NCBI RefSeq assembly: GCF_009914755.1
Contig: NC_060939.1
Length of the DNA: 64,000 nucleotides
From: the human T2T-CHM13v2.0 reference genome, Homo sapiens
Direction: 5' to 3' (one strand)
Shown here: piece by piece, positions 31,665-46,226 of the stretch
Position numbering within the stretch: the first letter of the stretch is position 1
Layout of the letters: each line of letters opens with the position of its first letter
Notes under the pieces: model-generated
The model's database searches: none
Told to the model about the DNA's origin: nothing
The model's input: only the letters and a program-made list of their open reading frames with translations
Made by a program: the position numbers and the translations under genes

Positions 31665-32691
31665 TGTTGCGGGAAGTCAGGGGCCCCAAACGGAGGGACC
31701 GGCTGGAGCTGTGGCAGAGGAACGTAAATTGTGATTATTTCATGGACACTTACCAGTTCCCAAATAATATTCTTATAATTTCTTACACCTGTCTTTAATC
31801 TCTTAATCCTGTTATCTTCGTAAGCTGAGGATGTACCTCACCTCAGGGCCACTATGATAATTGTGTTAACTGTACAAATTGATTGTAAAACGTGTGTTTG
31901 AACAATATGAAATCAGTGCACCTTGAACAGAATAACAGCAATTTTAGGGAACAAGGGAAGACAACCATAAGGTCTGACTGCCTGTGGGGTTGGGCAAAAT
32001 AGAGCCATATTTTTCTTCTTTGCAGAGAGCCTATAAACGGACATGCAAGTAGGGAAGATATCGCTAAATTCTTTTCCTAGCAAGGAATTTTAATAATACT
32101 CTGGAGAAGGAATGCATTCCTTGGAGGAGGTCTATAGGGCATGTCTGTCTTATGCTGTTGACATAAGGACTGAAATACACCCTGGTCTCCTGCAGTACCC
32201 TCAGGCTTATTAGGGTGGGGAAAAAACCCCACCCTGGTAAATTTGAGGTCAGATCAGTTTTCTGCTCTCAAACCCTGTTTTCTGTTGTTTAAGATGTTTA
32301 TCAAGACAATTTGTGCACCGCTGAACATAGACTCTTACCAGTAATTTTGCTTTTGCCTTTTGCCTTGTGATCTTTGTTGGACCCTTATCAGGAGTTTCTG
32401 ATTTTGCCCTTGTCCTGTTTCCTCAGAAGCATGTGATCTTTGTTCTCCTTTTTGCCCTTTGAGGCATGTGATCTTTGTGACCTACTCACTGTTCTTAGGC
32501 CCCCTCCCCTTTTGAAATCCTTAATAAACACTTGCTTATTTTGCAGCTCAGGTGGGCATCACGGTCCTACCGATATATGTGAGGCCCAGCTGTGAAATTC
32601 CTCTCTTCGTACTCTTATTTCTTAGCCGGCTGACGCTTATAGAAAATAGAAAGAACCTACATTGAAATATTGGGGGCAGGTTCCCCTGATA
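31665..32691 (+). mobile_element. MER11 (HERV-K11/HML-8) solo LTR, 1027 bp
   Basis: Starts TGTTGCGGGAAGTCAGGG, ends GGTTCCCCTGATA; perfect 6-bp TSD TATTTC (31659-31664 / 32692-32697); AATAAA at 32523. Confidence 0.9.
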
Positions 32692-33012
32692 TATTTCCTT
32701 AGTGACATTCCTGCAATCTCCTTTAGAAAGTCTTTCTGTTCACCTTCTATAACCAGGGAAGGAGAGATTGAGAAGAGACGAAGGATGATTTTATGTTTTT
32801 CAGTCCCAGTCATTATTTGATGAGAAACTGATATTACAAGCTTTAAAAACTCAAGATATGTATTCAACATGTAGTAGTAGAACAAGTATCTTAGTTTAAT
32901 AGTCTATAAATTTTTGATGCACTATAATATATTATTGTAGTCAGTAGCATCAAAATTTTAATGTGATATTGCAGTATGTTTATGGTTAGTTTAGACATGA
33001 GGACAGTGCTAA

Positions 33013-33189
<177 letters not shown>

Positions 33190-33558
33190 TAGGCAACTAA
33201 CAGTGCCTGCTAAACAGAGTGTGGCAGTTTATATCTCAGTGATAAAACATGAATTCCTTCTTCCCCATACTTCATACACTGGTTATCTTTTGCTATGGTA
33301 GTGATGTTTAACATACAACCTCAATATTTCAGTGGCCCCCAACAAACAAATATTAATTGCTCATGGGCTTTCAGATCAGCTGTGGGTTGGCTGGGTTTGA
33401 CTGCAGGCTGTGGGTCAGGTTTAGGTGTGTTCCATGTGTCTTCTCATGTCAAGAGCAAACAACTCTCTTGGACATGTTGGTCTTCTGGTGGAGGCAGATG
33501 TTCAACTCAGCATATTAACTTTTTTATCTTTGGATAGATGAAAAATGGTATTTTGTCG

Positions 33559-33590
<32 letters not shown>

Positions 33591-33592
33591 GA

Positions 33593-33850
<258 letters not shown>

Positions 33851-34143
33851 TGAGCCACCGTGCCCAGCCCTGAGTTTTATTTTTTAATTTCTCTCTTACT
33901 GCAAGGTTGATCATCATGTGTATATTTAAAAACCATTTGTATTTCCCTTTCTCTGTATCTTTGGTGACATACCATATGTGTTACAAACTTGCAGGCAGAC
34001 AGTGGTAGTACTAACATGCAGAATGTATCCTTGGTGTCATCTTTTTTGGTATCCAGAGCTTTGTGACCCATCTAAGGTTTTTAATTTATACCCATGGCAT
34101 TTATACCTATGGCAATGCACAGAACTAATTCATACTGGTATGA

Positions 34144-34407
<264 letters not shown>

Positions 34408-34916
34408 TAATCCACCTGCCTCAGCCTCCCAAAGTGCTGGGATTACAGGCGTGAGCCACCGCACCCGGCCCATACCAGTTTTTTTTGACACCGCTGATCC
34501 GAAGGCAGATACCAGTATGAATCTTTTTTTTTTTGAGATGGAGTTTTGCTCTTGTCGCCAAGGGTGGAGTGCAATGGCATGACCTCGGCTCACCACAACC
34601 TCCGCCTCCTGGGTTCAAGCGATTGTCCTGCCTCAGCCTCCTGAGTAGCTGGGATTACAGGCATGTGCCACCACGCCTGGCTAATTTTTTGTGTTTTTAG
34701 TAGAGATGGGGTTTTTCCATGTTGGTCAGGCTGGTCTCAAACTCCCGACCTCAGGTGATCTGCCCGCTTCGGCCACCCAAAGTGCTGGGATTACATGCGT
34801 GAGCCACCGCGCCTGGCCACCAGTATGAATCTTGAAAGGTTCTCTTTCTTTTTCATCTGTGATAATACTTGGAAATCTTATCACACTTTTCTTAGCTTGC
34901 CTAGTTAGATTTTAGA

Positions 34917-35103
34917 CAGGGGTTGGCAAACTTTTTCTGTAATGGGCCAACAATATTTTAGGGTTTGTAGGCCACATACAGTCTCTACATCATATTTGTT
35001 ATCTTATTTTTTATAACCCTTTAGAAATAAAAAAACCACTGTTAGCTTGAGAGCTGTACAAAAATATACAGGGCCTGTAAGCCCTGTAGTTTGCAAATCC
35101 CTG
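34917..35103. mobile_element. MER58-like hAT element
   Basis: CAGGGGTTGGCAAAC ... GTTTGCAAATCCCTG. Confidence 0.7.
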
Positions 35104-35156
35104 TTCTAGAAGAAGTAATCATAACAAGGGAGTTGAAATTTTAAGAAACTGAATGA

Positions 35157-35402
<246 letters not shown>

Positions 35403-35559
35403 TAATTTTTGTATTTTTAGTAGAGATGGGGTTTCACCATATTGGTTAGGCTGATCTTGAACTCCTGACCTCATAATCTGCCTGCCTTGGTCTCCCAAAG
35501 TTTTGGGATTACAAGCATGAGCCACCGCACCTGGCCTGTCCATGTCCACTTTTTCTTAA

Positions 35560-35724
<165 letters not shown>

Positions 35725-35770
35725 TAGGTTCTTGAAAAAGATCAGGCAATTGAAGAAACAAGTTCAAGTA

Positions 35771-36683
35771 CAGTCATGCACCACTTAACAATGGAGATAT
35801 GTTCTAAGAAATGTGTTGTTAGGCAATTTTGTCATTGTGTGAACATTACATGGAGTGTACTTACACAAACATAGATGGATGATATAGTGTACTATACACA
35901 TGATATAGTCTGTTGCTCCCAGGCTACAAACCTGTATGAGCAGGTGTTATACCGAATACTGTAGGCAGTTGTAAAACAGTGGTAAGTGTATCTAAACATA
36001 GAAAAGGTACTGTAAAAATATGGTATAAAAGATAAAAAATAGTATACCTGTATAGAGTACTTACCATGGATGGACTGGAAGTTGCTCTGGGTGAGTTAGT
36101 GGTGAGTGAATGTGAAGGTCTAGGACATTATTGTATACTAATGTAGACTTTATGTTGTATACTAATGTAGACTTTATAAACACTGTACACTTAGCCTACA
36201 CTAAATTTATTTAAAAATATTTTTTCTACAATGATAAATTAACTTTAGCTTACTATAACTTTTTACTTTATAAACTTTAAAACTTTTTGGCTCTTTTGGG
36301 GTAATACTTAAAACACACAACAACATTGTACATTTGTACAAAAATAGTTTCTTTAGGTCCTTATTCTATAAGCTTTTTTCTTTTTCTTTCTTTTTTTTTT
36401 TTGGTAGAGAGACAGAGTCTCACTTTGTTGCCCAGGCTGGTCTTGAACTCCTGGGCTCAAGCAGTTCTCCTGCCTCAGCCTCTCAAAGTGCTGGGATTAT
36501 AGGCATGAGCTACGACACCTGGCCCTTTATGCTATTCTTAAAACTTTTTATTTTTTTACTTTTAAACTTTTTTGTTAAAAACTACGATACACACACTACT
36601 ACAGTGGTGGTACTAACATGTGGAATGTGTCCTTGCTGTCTTTTTTGGCATTCAGAGCTTTGTGACCCATCTAAGGTCTTTGT

Positions 36684-36740
<57 letters not shown>

Positions 36741-37234
36741 ACGCACTGGTCTAGGCCTACACTGAGTCAAGATTATAAATATCACTGTCTTCCACCTCCT
36801 TATGGAAGGTCTTCAGTGGCAATAACATACATGGAGCTGTCATCTCCTATAACAATAGGAATACCTTCTGGAATACCTCCTGAAGGATCTGCCTGAGGCA
36901 GTTATTCTTTTTTTTAGTAAGTGGAAGGAGTACACTCTAAAATAAAGATTAAAATGTATAGCGTAGTAAATACATAAACCAGTAATGTAGTCATTTATTA
37001 TCAAGTATTAAGTTCTATATATATGTAATTGTATATGCTGTACTTCTATGTGACTGGCAGCACAGTAGGTTTGTTTATACCAGCATCACTACAGATAGGT
37101 AAGTAATGCATTGCACTGTTTTGATTGCTATGACGTCACTGGGCAATAGGAATTTTTCCTCTTCATTATAATCTTAAGTGATCATCATCATTTATACAGC
37201 TGTCGACCAAAATGTCATTACAGGTGCATGAGTT
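35771..37234. mobile_element. Tigger3/MER7-family (Tc1-mariner) DNA transposon, interrupted by an Alu monomer, an ~80-bp insert and (CA)n
   Basis: TA|CAGTCATGCACCACTTAACAATGGAGATATGTTCT left end; degenerate right TIR ...gtgcatgagt. Confidence 0.8.
36685..36745. repeat. (CA)n / (CACG)n microsatellite
   Basis: Directly visible. Confidence 0.95.
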
Positions 37235-37362
37235 TAAATGTTCCAGAAAGGTTTTATTCAGTATTAATCTTTTTATGGAATCTGAATATAATTACTGTGT
37301 TGGATTTGACTTCAGAAATGACTAGTAATGTTAAAAAATTGCTATGATTACCCATTTTTTAG

Positions 37363-37926
<564 letters not shown>

Positions 37927-38605
37927 TAGTGGCATAAGTAGCATTCTTAGTTTTTCCAGGAACTTTCTTTTTGACTCTTGGGTGTAAATAAATGGTTTTG
38001 TTTACCATTCATTGCATTTGTAGTCTTCAGATTAACATATAATTTTCTGACATAATTGTTAAGATATTGACAAATTTAGGACATCATGGCAAAAAATGCT
38101 CTTATTCCCAGTGTCACAAGTATCAGACTTTCAGTGCCTGATAAATTCTTCTGGAAACATAGGCCTAGGAAAAACCTCTGGTTCTAATTGGTTGTTACAC
38201 TGACAACTGAAGTCTTAAATGTTACTTTATCCTTTGCCAGAATCTCCATGTTGAATTTGAGGTATTGATTCCATTTGCCCCATTTGGGGGTTCGCTCTGA
38301 AAACTATCAGTTGGAAGTAAATTATGATAAATGAAGCATCTGATGGGGAAGCCCCAAAATGTTGTTAATGTGAAGAGTTTGTGTGATAATTTGCAAAGGA
38401 ACTGATTATCTATGTGATGGATCCTGGGAGTAGAGAGAGAAGTAGGTAGGTTTGAGCTACCTTGCTAAAAGACAGTTGAGCTTGTCAGCAGTTTTGGTTG
38501 TTGTTTCAGCCTGTCCAAAGCCATATCTGATTGTTTTAAGGATACAGTTGTCCAAAGGATTTACTTGATGTGGTTTCCCAGTTTTCTCTTCTCCAATTTT
38601 TCTGA

Positions 38606-38782
<177 letters not shown>

Positions 38783-39155
38783 TGAGTATTGGCAACCTGG
38801 AGGCCCTAGGGCACTCACAGAGAACAGTGTAAAATGCATTCCTAGGTCCAGCCTGCTGCTGGCAGCTGCATCAGCCTGATACACAAGTGGGGGAATGGTT
38901 TAATAGGTACAGTGGGATTCACTCTGAAGAACATGGATTAAGTTTGAAATTTGAGAAAATGAGATAACTAGTGTTAAGGAACTAAGCATTTTAAACACTG
39001 TGCATTCTAGTTTGATGGGGGACCAATATTGTTTATCATGTAAATAGAGACACCTTGTACCCTAAGTCTTCTAAACTTATTGGCAATCCTTGGAATTTTT
39101 CTCATCTACTCTTCTAACACTTAGTATTTGTCACACAGTAAGTTTTTAGTAAGGA

Positions 39156-39561
39156 CAGAGGGTTCCTGACTTCTGATGGTTCAACTTACATAATTTTTCA
39201 ACTTTACAATGATGTAAAATTGTTATGTATTCAGTAGAAACTGTACTTCAAGTATCCATACAGCCATTCCGTTTTTCATTTTCAGTATAGTATTCAGTAA
39301 ATTACATGAGATATTCAGCATTTTATTATAAAGTTGGCATTGTGTTAGATGGTTTTGCCTAACTGTCAGCAAATGTAGTTAAGAAAGTGGAGATAGGAAC
39401 TCCATGGAACAGAGTAAGTGTTCTGAGCATGCTTAAGATAGGCTAGGCTATCTATGATGTCTGGTAGAGTAGATGTATTACATGCATTTTTGAATTACAG
39501 TATTTTCAATTTACAATGGGTTTACTGGGATGTAACCCCATCATAAGTTGAGGAGCATCTC
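39156..39561 (-). mobile_element. MER47A (Tigger5-derived) DNA transposon
   Basis: Reverse complement begins AGATGCTCCTCAACTTATGATGGGGTTACATCCC, matching the recalled consensus. Confidence 0.8.
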
Positions 39562-40124
39562 TATTTGTTGAGTGAATGTCCTAAAGATTCCTAGATGGAA
39601 AGAATCTCAAGTGTTTATAAACTACTAGGTACTCCCTTTTCAGTCCTTTGTTCCATGGAGTTCCTATCTCCCCTTTCTTAGCCACATTGCCATTCATACC
39701 TGTGTTGTTTTTGCATAGAGCTTGGTTTTCCCTGTTTCTCTCTAAACTCAGGATCCAATATCAAGGAAAGAGACTTAGTCTTGGAAGGAAAGGATGTGTC
39801 CCTAATGGGTGATGATAAATGATGGTAGTTACTGCTTAACATGGTATATCATTAGGCTTATTTCTTTTTTGGTCTGCATTTATAGTACATTGTAGAAGAA
39901 AAATTCCACAAGACTCTCACTAAAATTGGTATAGAATGAGACCAAGGCCTTGGAACAGCTGCCAGTGCAATCCCTACTAAGAGAGCTTCTGCTGTTAGTG
40001 TATAGCAGCTTCACTGACCAAACCAGCACAACCACCTCATAGAGAAAAGGCTTCTAGAATTCTCTGCTGGATGAAATATGATTAAAATGTGGGACTAGTA
40101 GGGTTAGTCTTCTAAGAATTTTGA

Positions 40125-40259
<135 letters not shown>

Positions 40260-40669
40260 TAGTAAACTTGCTAATGGTTCCATTTATCATCTGGCTGTCT
40301 TATTTCTGAATTCTTACATTCCAAAAATGTCTTGATTTTAACCTCATACTTAATTCATGATTTGTATAAGTATAGGATCAAAAACCATGTTTCCTCATAA
40401 CTTTGCAGGCATTGCTGCATGATTTTCTAGCAGTTTGCTGACGAGCAGTCTCTTACCAGTCTGATTCTTGTTGATGACCCCTAGAAGCTTTGGGTATTTT
40501 TTTCGTCATTGGAATTCCACAGTATCAGCAATAGGCATCTAGTTGTGTTTCATGTCTTTTTCCCGTCCCCATCTGTGTGACATTCAATTGACTCTTTCAT
40601 TCTGAAGACCCTTGCCTTTCTTTGGGTCAGGGCCTTTGAGTAGTTCTTTATTTTTCCCCTCCCCTTCTC

Positions 40670-41140
40670 TTTGTGTCAATTGAGGATTGTGTGTAAATGC
40701 AACAGAAAATTTGACTAAACATTGGCTTTACAAATTCGTTTTTGTTTTTTTTTTTAATTCTCATGAAACAAGATGTCCAGGTAAGTAGTTGCTGGCATTG
40801 ATTTGGTGGTCCTAGGATGTCAAGACTGAGAGTTTTTCCTCATGGTTACAAGAAGACTGCTGCATCCAGCATCATATCTGCATTCTAGGGAGGCAGAAAG
40901 AGAAAGCAACAAGGAGAAAAGGACAGAGCCTATACTGGGAAAGCACAACTTTCCCAGAAGTCCCCCACAGACTTCCACTTATGTCATATCAGCTCCCCTT
41001 CTATAAGGAAGGCTGGTTAAATGTCGTTTTTAATCTGGTCACACTGCCACTCTAAACAAAATTAGGGTTCTTTTAGTAAGGAAAAAGAGAAGAGTAGGTA
41101 GCAGGTAGGCAAGTAGATAACTAGCAGCATCTGCCACACT
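40670..41140. mobile_element. Old MaLR (MLT1-like) LTR remnant
   Basis: Degenerate MLT1-like motifs (catggttacaagaagactgc, gcatctgccaca terminus). Confidence 0.45.
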
Positions 41141-41158
41141 GTTTTCCATTCTCTATGA

Positions 41159-41350
<192 letters not shown>

Positions 41351-44300
41351 TGAGTAGCTGGGATTACAGGCGCCTGCCACCATGCCCGGCTAATTTTTGT
41401 ATTTTTGGTAGAGACGGGGTTTCACCATGTTGGCTAGGCTGGTCTCCAACTCCTGACCTCAGGTGATTCACCTGCCTTGTCCTCCCAAAGTGTTGGGATT
41501 ATAGGTGTGAGACACCACGCCTGACCCTCCTTGTCATTTTATTATATGTTCAGGACATGTATTCAGTCTTATCTTCCATATCATCATTTTTGTTTTTAGC
41601 TATTTGTATTCTGTTATATACCCTATCCATCCAATATTTTTTATTTCATTTCCTTTTATTGTATTTTTAATTTCCAAAAATCTTGTCTTTTCTTCAATGT
41701 CTCTGATTCTTGAAGTTCTTTTCTGCTTCTCAGAATTATCTTTTTCTTCCTCTCTGCATTTTGGTTCTTCTATTTTATGCTGTTGGTATTTTTCAAGTAT
41801 TTGGTGATTCTCAGAGAGACGTTCATATCTGTGAGTGAAGAACTAGATTTATTAGTACAGAGAATTAGCATGGATTTCCTTTGCAGTTCTTACGGGGCAC
41901 TATTATTTTTGAAGTGTGTTCAATTTGTTAGTCGCTTTTCTTCTGTACATCGGAAGATTGAGTTGAGTCTTTATGCCATGGAGTATGTTATAGCTAACAG
42001 CCAGAGTGAAACTACAGATGAAGAAAAATTCATGTACTTTTCATTCAGTCGGTTTTTCAAAAAATGAGTATGTCTGCTATATGCCAAGCACTGATCTATG
42101 CCCTGGAGATGCAAAGATGGACTGTTGGATTATAAGATACTCAACTAGAATAGGAAATGAAGGAAGAAGAGCAAGGTTTGGAAGAAGGTGATGGTAAGAA
42201 ATCAGAGTTAAATCCTGTCTTTCAGAGGATTTTGGATATGATAAGTTTTAGGTTCTGAGGGGATATCTAAATTGAGATGTGTCCAGTAGGATTGGATATA
42301 GAAATCTGAAACTCAAGTGTTTTGGAGTAGAGATGTGAATTCTGGAGTCAGCAACATAAAGGTGGTAATTGAAACCATTAGATTGGTTGACATTACCCTG
42401 CAATGAGCTGAGGATGGGACCCTGGAAAAAAAGAGTTTTTTACTTTTTTTTTGTCTGTTTGAGACGGCACAGGAAAAGTTACTGCTTTAATGCAGGGAGG
42501 AAGCCCTGCATTCTCTATGGGGGCCAGGATCATGGGGGTGGCCAGTGCCACAAATGGTCACCATACAGGCCAGGGAGGAGCCAGGGCCCACCAATAATCC
42601 CTGGAACATCCCTGGATGCTAGCAGTTTTTTACTTTCTAAATTTTTTTTTTTTTTTTTTTTAAGAGACAAGGTTGCCTAGGCTGGAGTATAGTGGGGTGA
42701 TCATAGCTTACTGTAACCTCCAACTCCTGGGCTCAAGTGATCCTCCTGCCTCTGCCTCCTGAGTAGCTGGGGCTACAGGTGCAAGCCACCATGCCTGGCT
42801 AAATTTATTTTGTGGAAATGAGGTCTCATGTTACCCAGGCTGGTCTCAAGCTCCTGTCCTCAAGTGATCCTCCTGCTTTAGCTTCCCAGAGTGCTGGGAT
42901 TACAGGTGTGAGCCATCAAAAAGCAATTTTGAAGGACTGAGCAGAAGAAGAGAACCCATAGAGGGAGATAGGGAAGAGGTAAAGCAGGAGAGCTCAGGGT
43001 CACAGGGGGAATGGAACGTATTTCTTAATCTATCCAGTTGGTTGAAAGAGCTCATTTGGTATTACTGACTCACTTGGGATAACCATCCCATTGTTACTAG
43101 TAGATGTGATCATTCACAAAACAGCCATTCTTTTTTTTTTTTTTTTGAGACAGAGTCTCATTCTGTCACCTAGGCTAGAGTGCAGTGGCTCAATCTTGGC
43201 TCACTGCAACCTCTGCCTCCTGGGTTCAAGCGATTCTCCTCCCCCAGCCTCCTGAGTAGCTGGGATTTACAGGCACCCGCCACCATGCCCAGCTAATTTT
43301 TGTATTTTTAGTAGAGATGAGGTTTCACCATGTTGGTCAGGCTGGTCTCGAGCTCCTGACGTTGTGATCCGCCCACCTTGGCCTCCCAAAGTGCTGAGAC
43401 TACAGGTGTGAGCCACCACCTTTTTTTTTTTTAACTTTAAAATTTTTCTTTAAAATTTTCCCCTTCATGGCATTTTTATTTTCTTTTTAGAATATTTTAA
43501 TGATTTTGAATTTTACTTTTATTAATAGCCCTTACCTACCCTACATATTTCATAAGTACCTGTAGAAAACCTTATAGTAGCTGGAGCATGGTGGCTCATA
43601 CCTGTAATACCAGCACTTTAAAAGGATGCTGAGTGGGGAGGATCACTTGAGCCCAGGAGTCTGAGACCAGCCTGGGCAACATAGAGACCCAGTTTCTAGG
43701 AAAAAAAAATAAAAATTAGTGGTCGTGTGCACCTGTAGTCCTAGCTATTCTAGAGGCTGAGGTAGGAGGATCACGTTAGCCCAGGAGGTTGAGGCTGCAG
43801 TGATGCGGTGAACTGTGATTGTGTCACTGCACTTCAGCATGGAAAGCAGAGCAAGACCCTGTCTCAAAAAAAAAAAAAAAAAAGAAACAACCTTGTAGCC
43901 CTACTTTCTTGGACTCATCAGGGTATTCCACAGTCTTGCTGCAACAGGGGAATAGTAATTCCTCCTGCCATTATCTTAGTTGACTTTTGGAACAGTTCTG
44001 TTAAGTAGGGAGAATTTCCCCCATTGACAAGTGAGGAAGCTAAGGCTTTGGAAGATGGAAGTTGCTACAGTGAGGTAGTTGCTGAGCCAGAACTGGAATT
44101 CAGACCTGTGATCTAGGATGATCTAAGATTCCTCGTCTTAAGACTGTGATCTTTTCCACTGTACCAACTGCCTTTGCAGGATGTCTGCTGGGTTCCCTTA
44201 CCTCCTGAAAGATAGGATTTGACTCTGATTTGTTCTGTTGCCCTTTCCAAATTTCTTTTGCAGTTAGTTTGTTAAAGGTATATTGCTGCCTTCTCAACTA

Positions 44301-45375
44301 TCTATGTCAAAGATTTTAAAAGGTCAGAGGTTAGCCTTCAGGACATCTATTTACTTACCTACCTTAACAATTCCTACTGCAGAGCAGGACATTTAAAGGA
44401 CAAGAAAGGCTTTATTTCTGCCTTGTCTCTCTCCATGCATGCATTCTTATAGCATGACAAAGTTGGCAGTATACAAGTTTTGGAAGCAGGCCTGAGTTCA
44501 AATCCCAATGTTCTATAATATGGACATGATTTGTGATTGAATAAAAAAAATTTTTAAATGTGCGGCATTTGTGAGATAATTGGAAATTTTAACGTAATTG
44601 AATATCTAATATCAAGCAGTCACTACTTTTTTTCGAGTGTGACGATGTGGGTAGTTTAAGAAAAAGGCCTTATCTTTTAGAAATACATACGGAAACATTT
44701 GTGGATAAAACGTTGGGCTGTTATTTGCTTACAAAAGTTGTGGGAGTAGATGGGGTGTGGATTGGATGGTTGTTGGGACAGGATGATTAGTACCTAATTC
44801 TGTCTGCACTTACGTATGATTGAAATTCTCCCTAGGATATAGAACTAAAAAAGAAAAAAAAAATCCCAATACTCTCTGTCTTAAGTTAGGTAATCTACTC
44901 AACCTCTCTGAGCTTCAATTTCCTTATCTGTAAAATTGGAAAGATTATAACTATGTTGCAGGTTTGCTGAAAATTAAAGTAACATATATGAAAACATCTG
45001 GCATAAAGCCTGATGTTAGTAGGTGCTCAACCAATGGTTGCTGTTTTGTTGTTTTTACTATTTTTGGAGACTTGGAAAACATTAAATCAGTTGTTATCTC
45101 TGAGCCTGGGGGTCCATGTTTCCTCAGACAGGGACACATCTCCACTACTAATAGGGTAGTTCTTACTATGTTTCCCAAGAGCATTTTCCTTACCCTTGCT
45201 TTCTCCTTTTCCAAAGCTACCTTAAATAAAGGGAGGTTTATTATAAAGGAATTTGAGAGTCCATAAAACAGTATCAAGAGATGCAGGTTGGTCTTTTAGT
45301 GAAGCAGAACTGGAACGCTTCAGCATCCAAGGTAGCTACTCTGCCTTTTCTGCTTCATCTTTTCTTTCTGTAGAT

Positions 45376-45590
45376 CAAAGGTTGGCAAACTTTTTTTGTA
45401 AAGGGCCAGTTAATAAATATTTTAATTTGTATAGCTTCATACAGACTCTGTTGCAACGACTTAACTCTGCAGTTCTAATGCAAAAGAGCCATACAAAAAC
45501 AATAGTTGTGTCTGTGTTCCAATGAATCTGTACTTATAAAAAAGGGCAGGGAATGGATTTGGCCCATGGACCATAGTTTTCCCATGTCAG
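45376..45590. mobile_element. MER58A-like hAT element
   Basis: CAAAGGTTGGCAAACTTTTTTTGTAAAGGGCCAG start; ctctagac flank. Confidence 0.7.
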
Positions 45591-46172
45591 CTCTAGACTT
45601 CTGCAGATGGCTCCAATTACATGTATTCCATCACAGCAGACTCCAGGTGGCGCTGTCAGTCCTCAAGTTCACATCACCTAGTAAATTTAGTACTTGTAAC
45701 TAACTAGCTCTCTTCCAATTCCAGATTCCTAGGGAAAGGACTTCAGTTGTGTCAGGTGTCACTATCCAACTGTGTTGCCTTAAGGGCGGAAATGTGTGGC
45801 TAGCAGCCCTCTCAGCAGGGGCTGTGGGTAGTCTCTCCTGAGAAGAAGGAGCAAAGGGTATGGGTGATGGGCAACTCTTAAAGAAAAAAGGTATGGGGAT
45901 GGGCTGGGTATGTGCCCCAGGGTTCCCCATAGATCCAGGAAGATCACCTGTTTATTCTGCTTTTATTTCTTATAATCTGTATTTTTTTATGTTGAGGAAC
46001 TTATTTTTAACAATTAATTTGAGTATGAACTCTAATAAAAAGCTGACTGTAATGCATAGTTTAAAGTTTAAACCTTGCCGAGCAATAACAATCTCTAGAT
46101 GTCTGTTGTTTCACTCTAATACTTACTGTGGAATTACACCTGAGTTGTTTTCCTTCTTTTTTATGAGCCTAG

Positions 46173-46226
46173 GAGATCAGCCATAACCTAGGAGTTTGCT
46201 ACATATACCTGAAGCAGTTCAACAAG
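46173..46226 (+). CDS. BBS4: BBS4 exon 7 (EISHNLGVCYIYLKQFNK)
   Basis: cctag|GAG ... AAG|gtaatt; 54 nt. Confidence 0.96.

Noticed and set aside
36131-36177. 24-bp tandem duplication (ttgtatactaatgtagactttat) in the Tigger3 element
   Set aside because: Ordinary slippage duplication.
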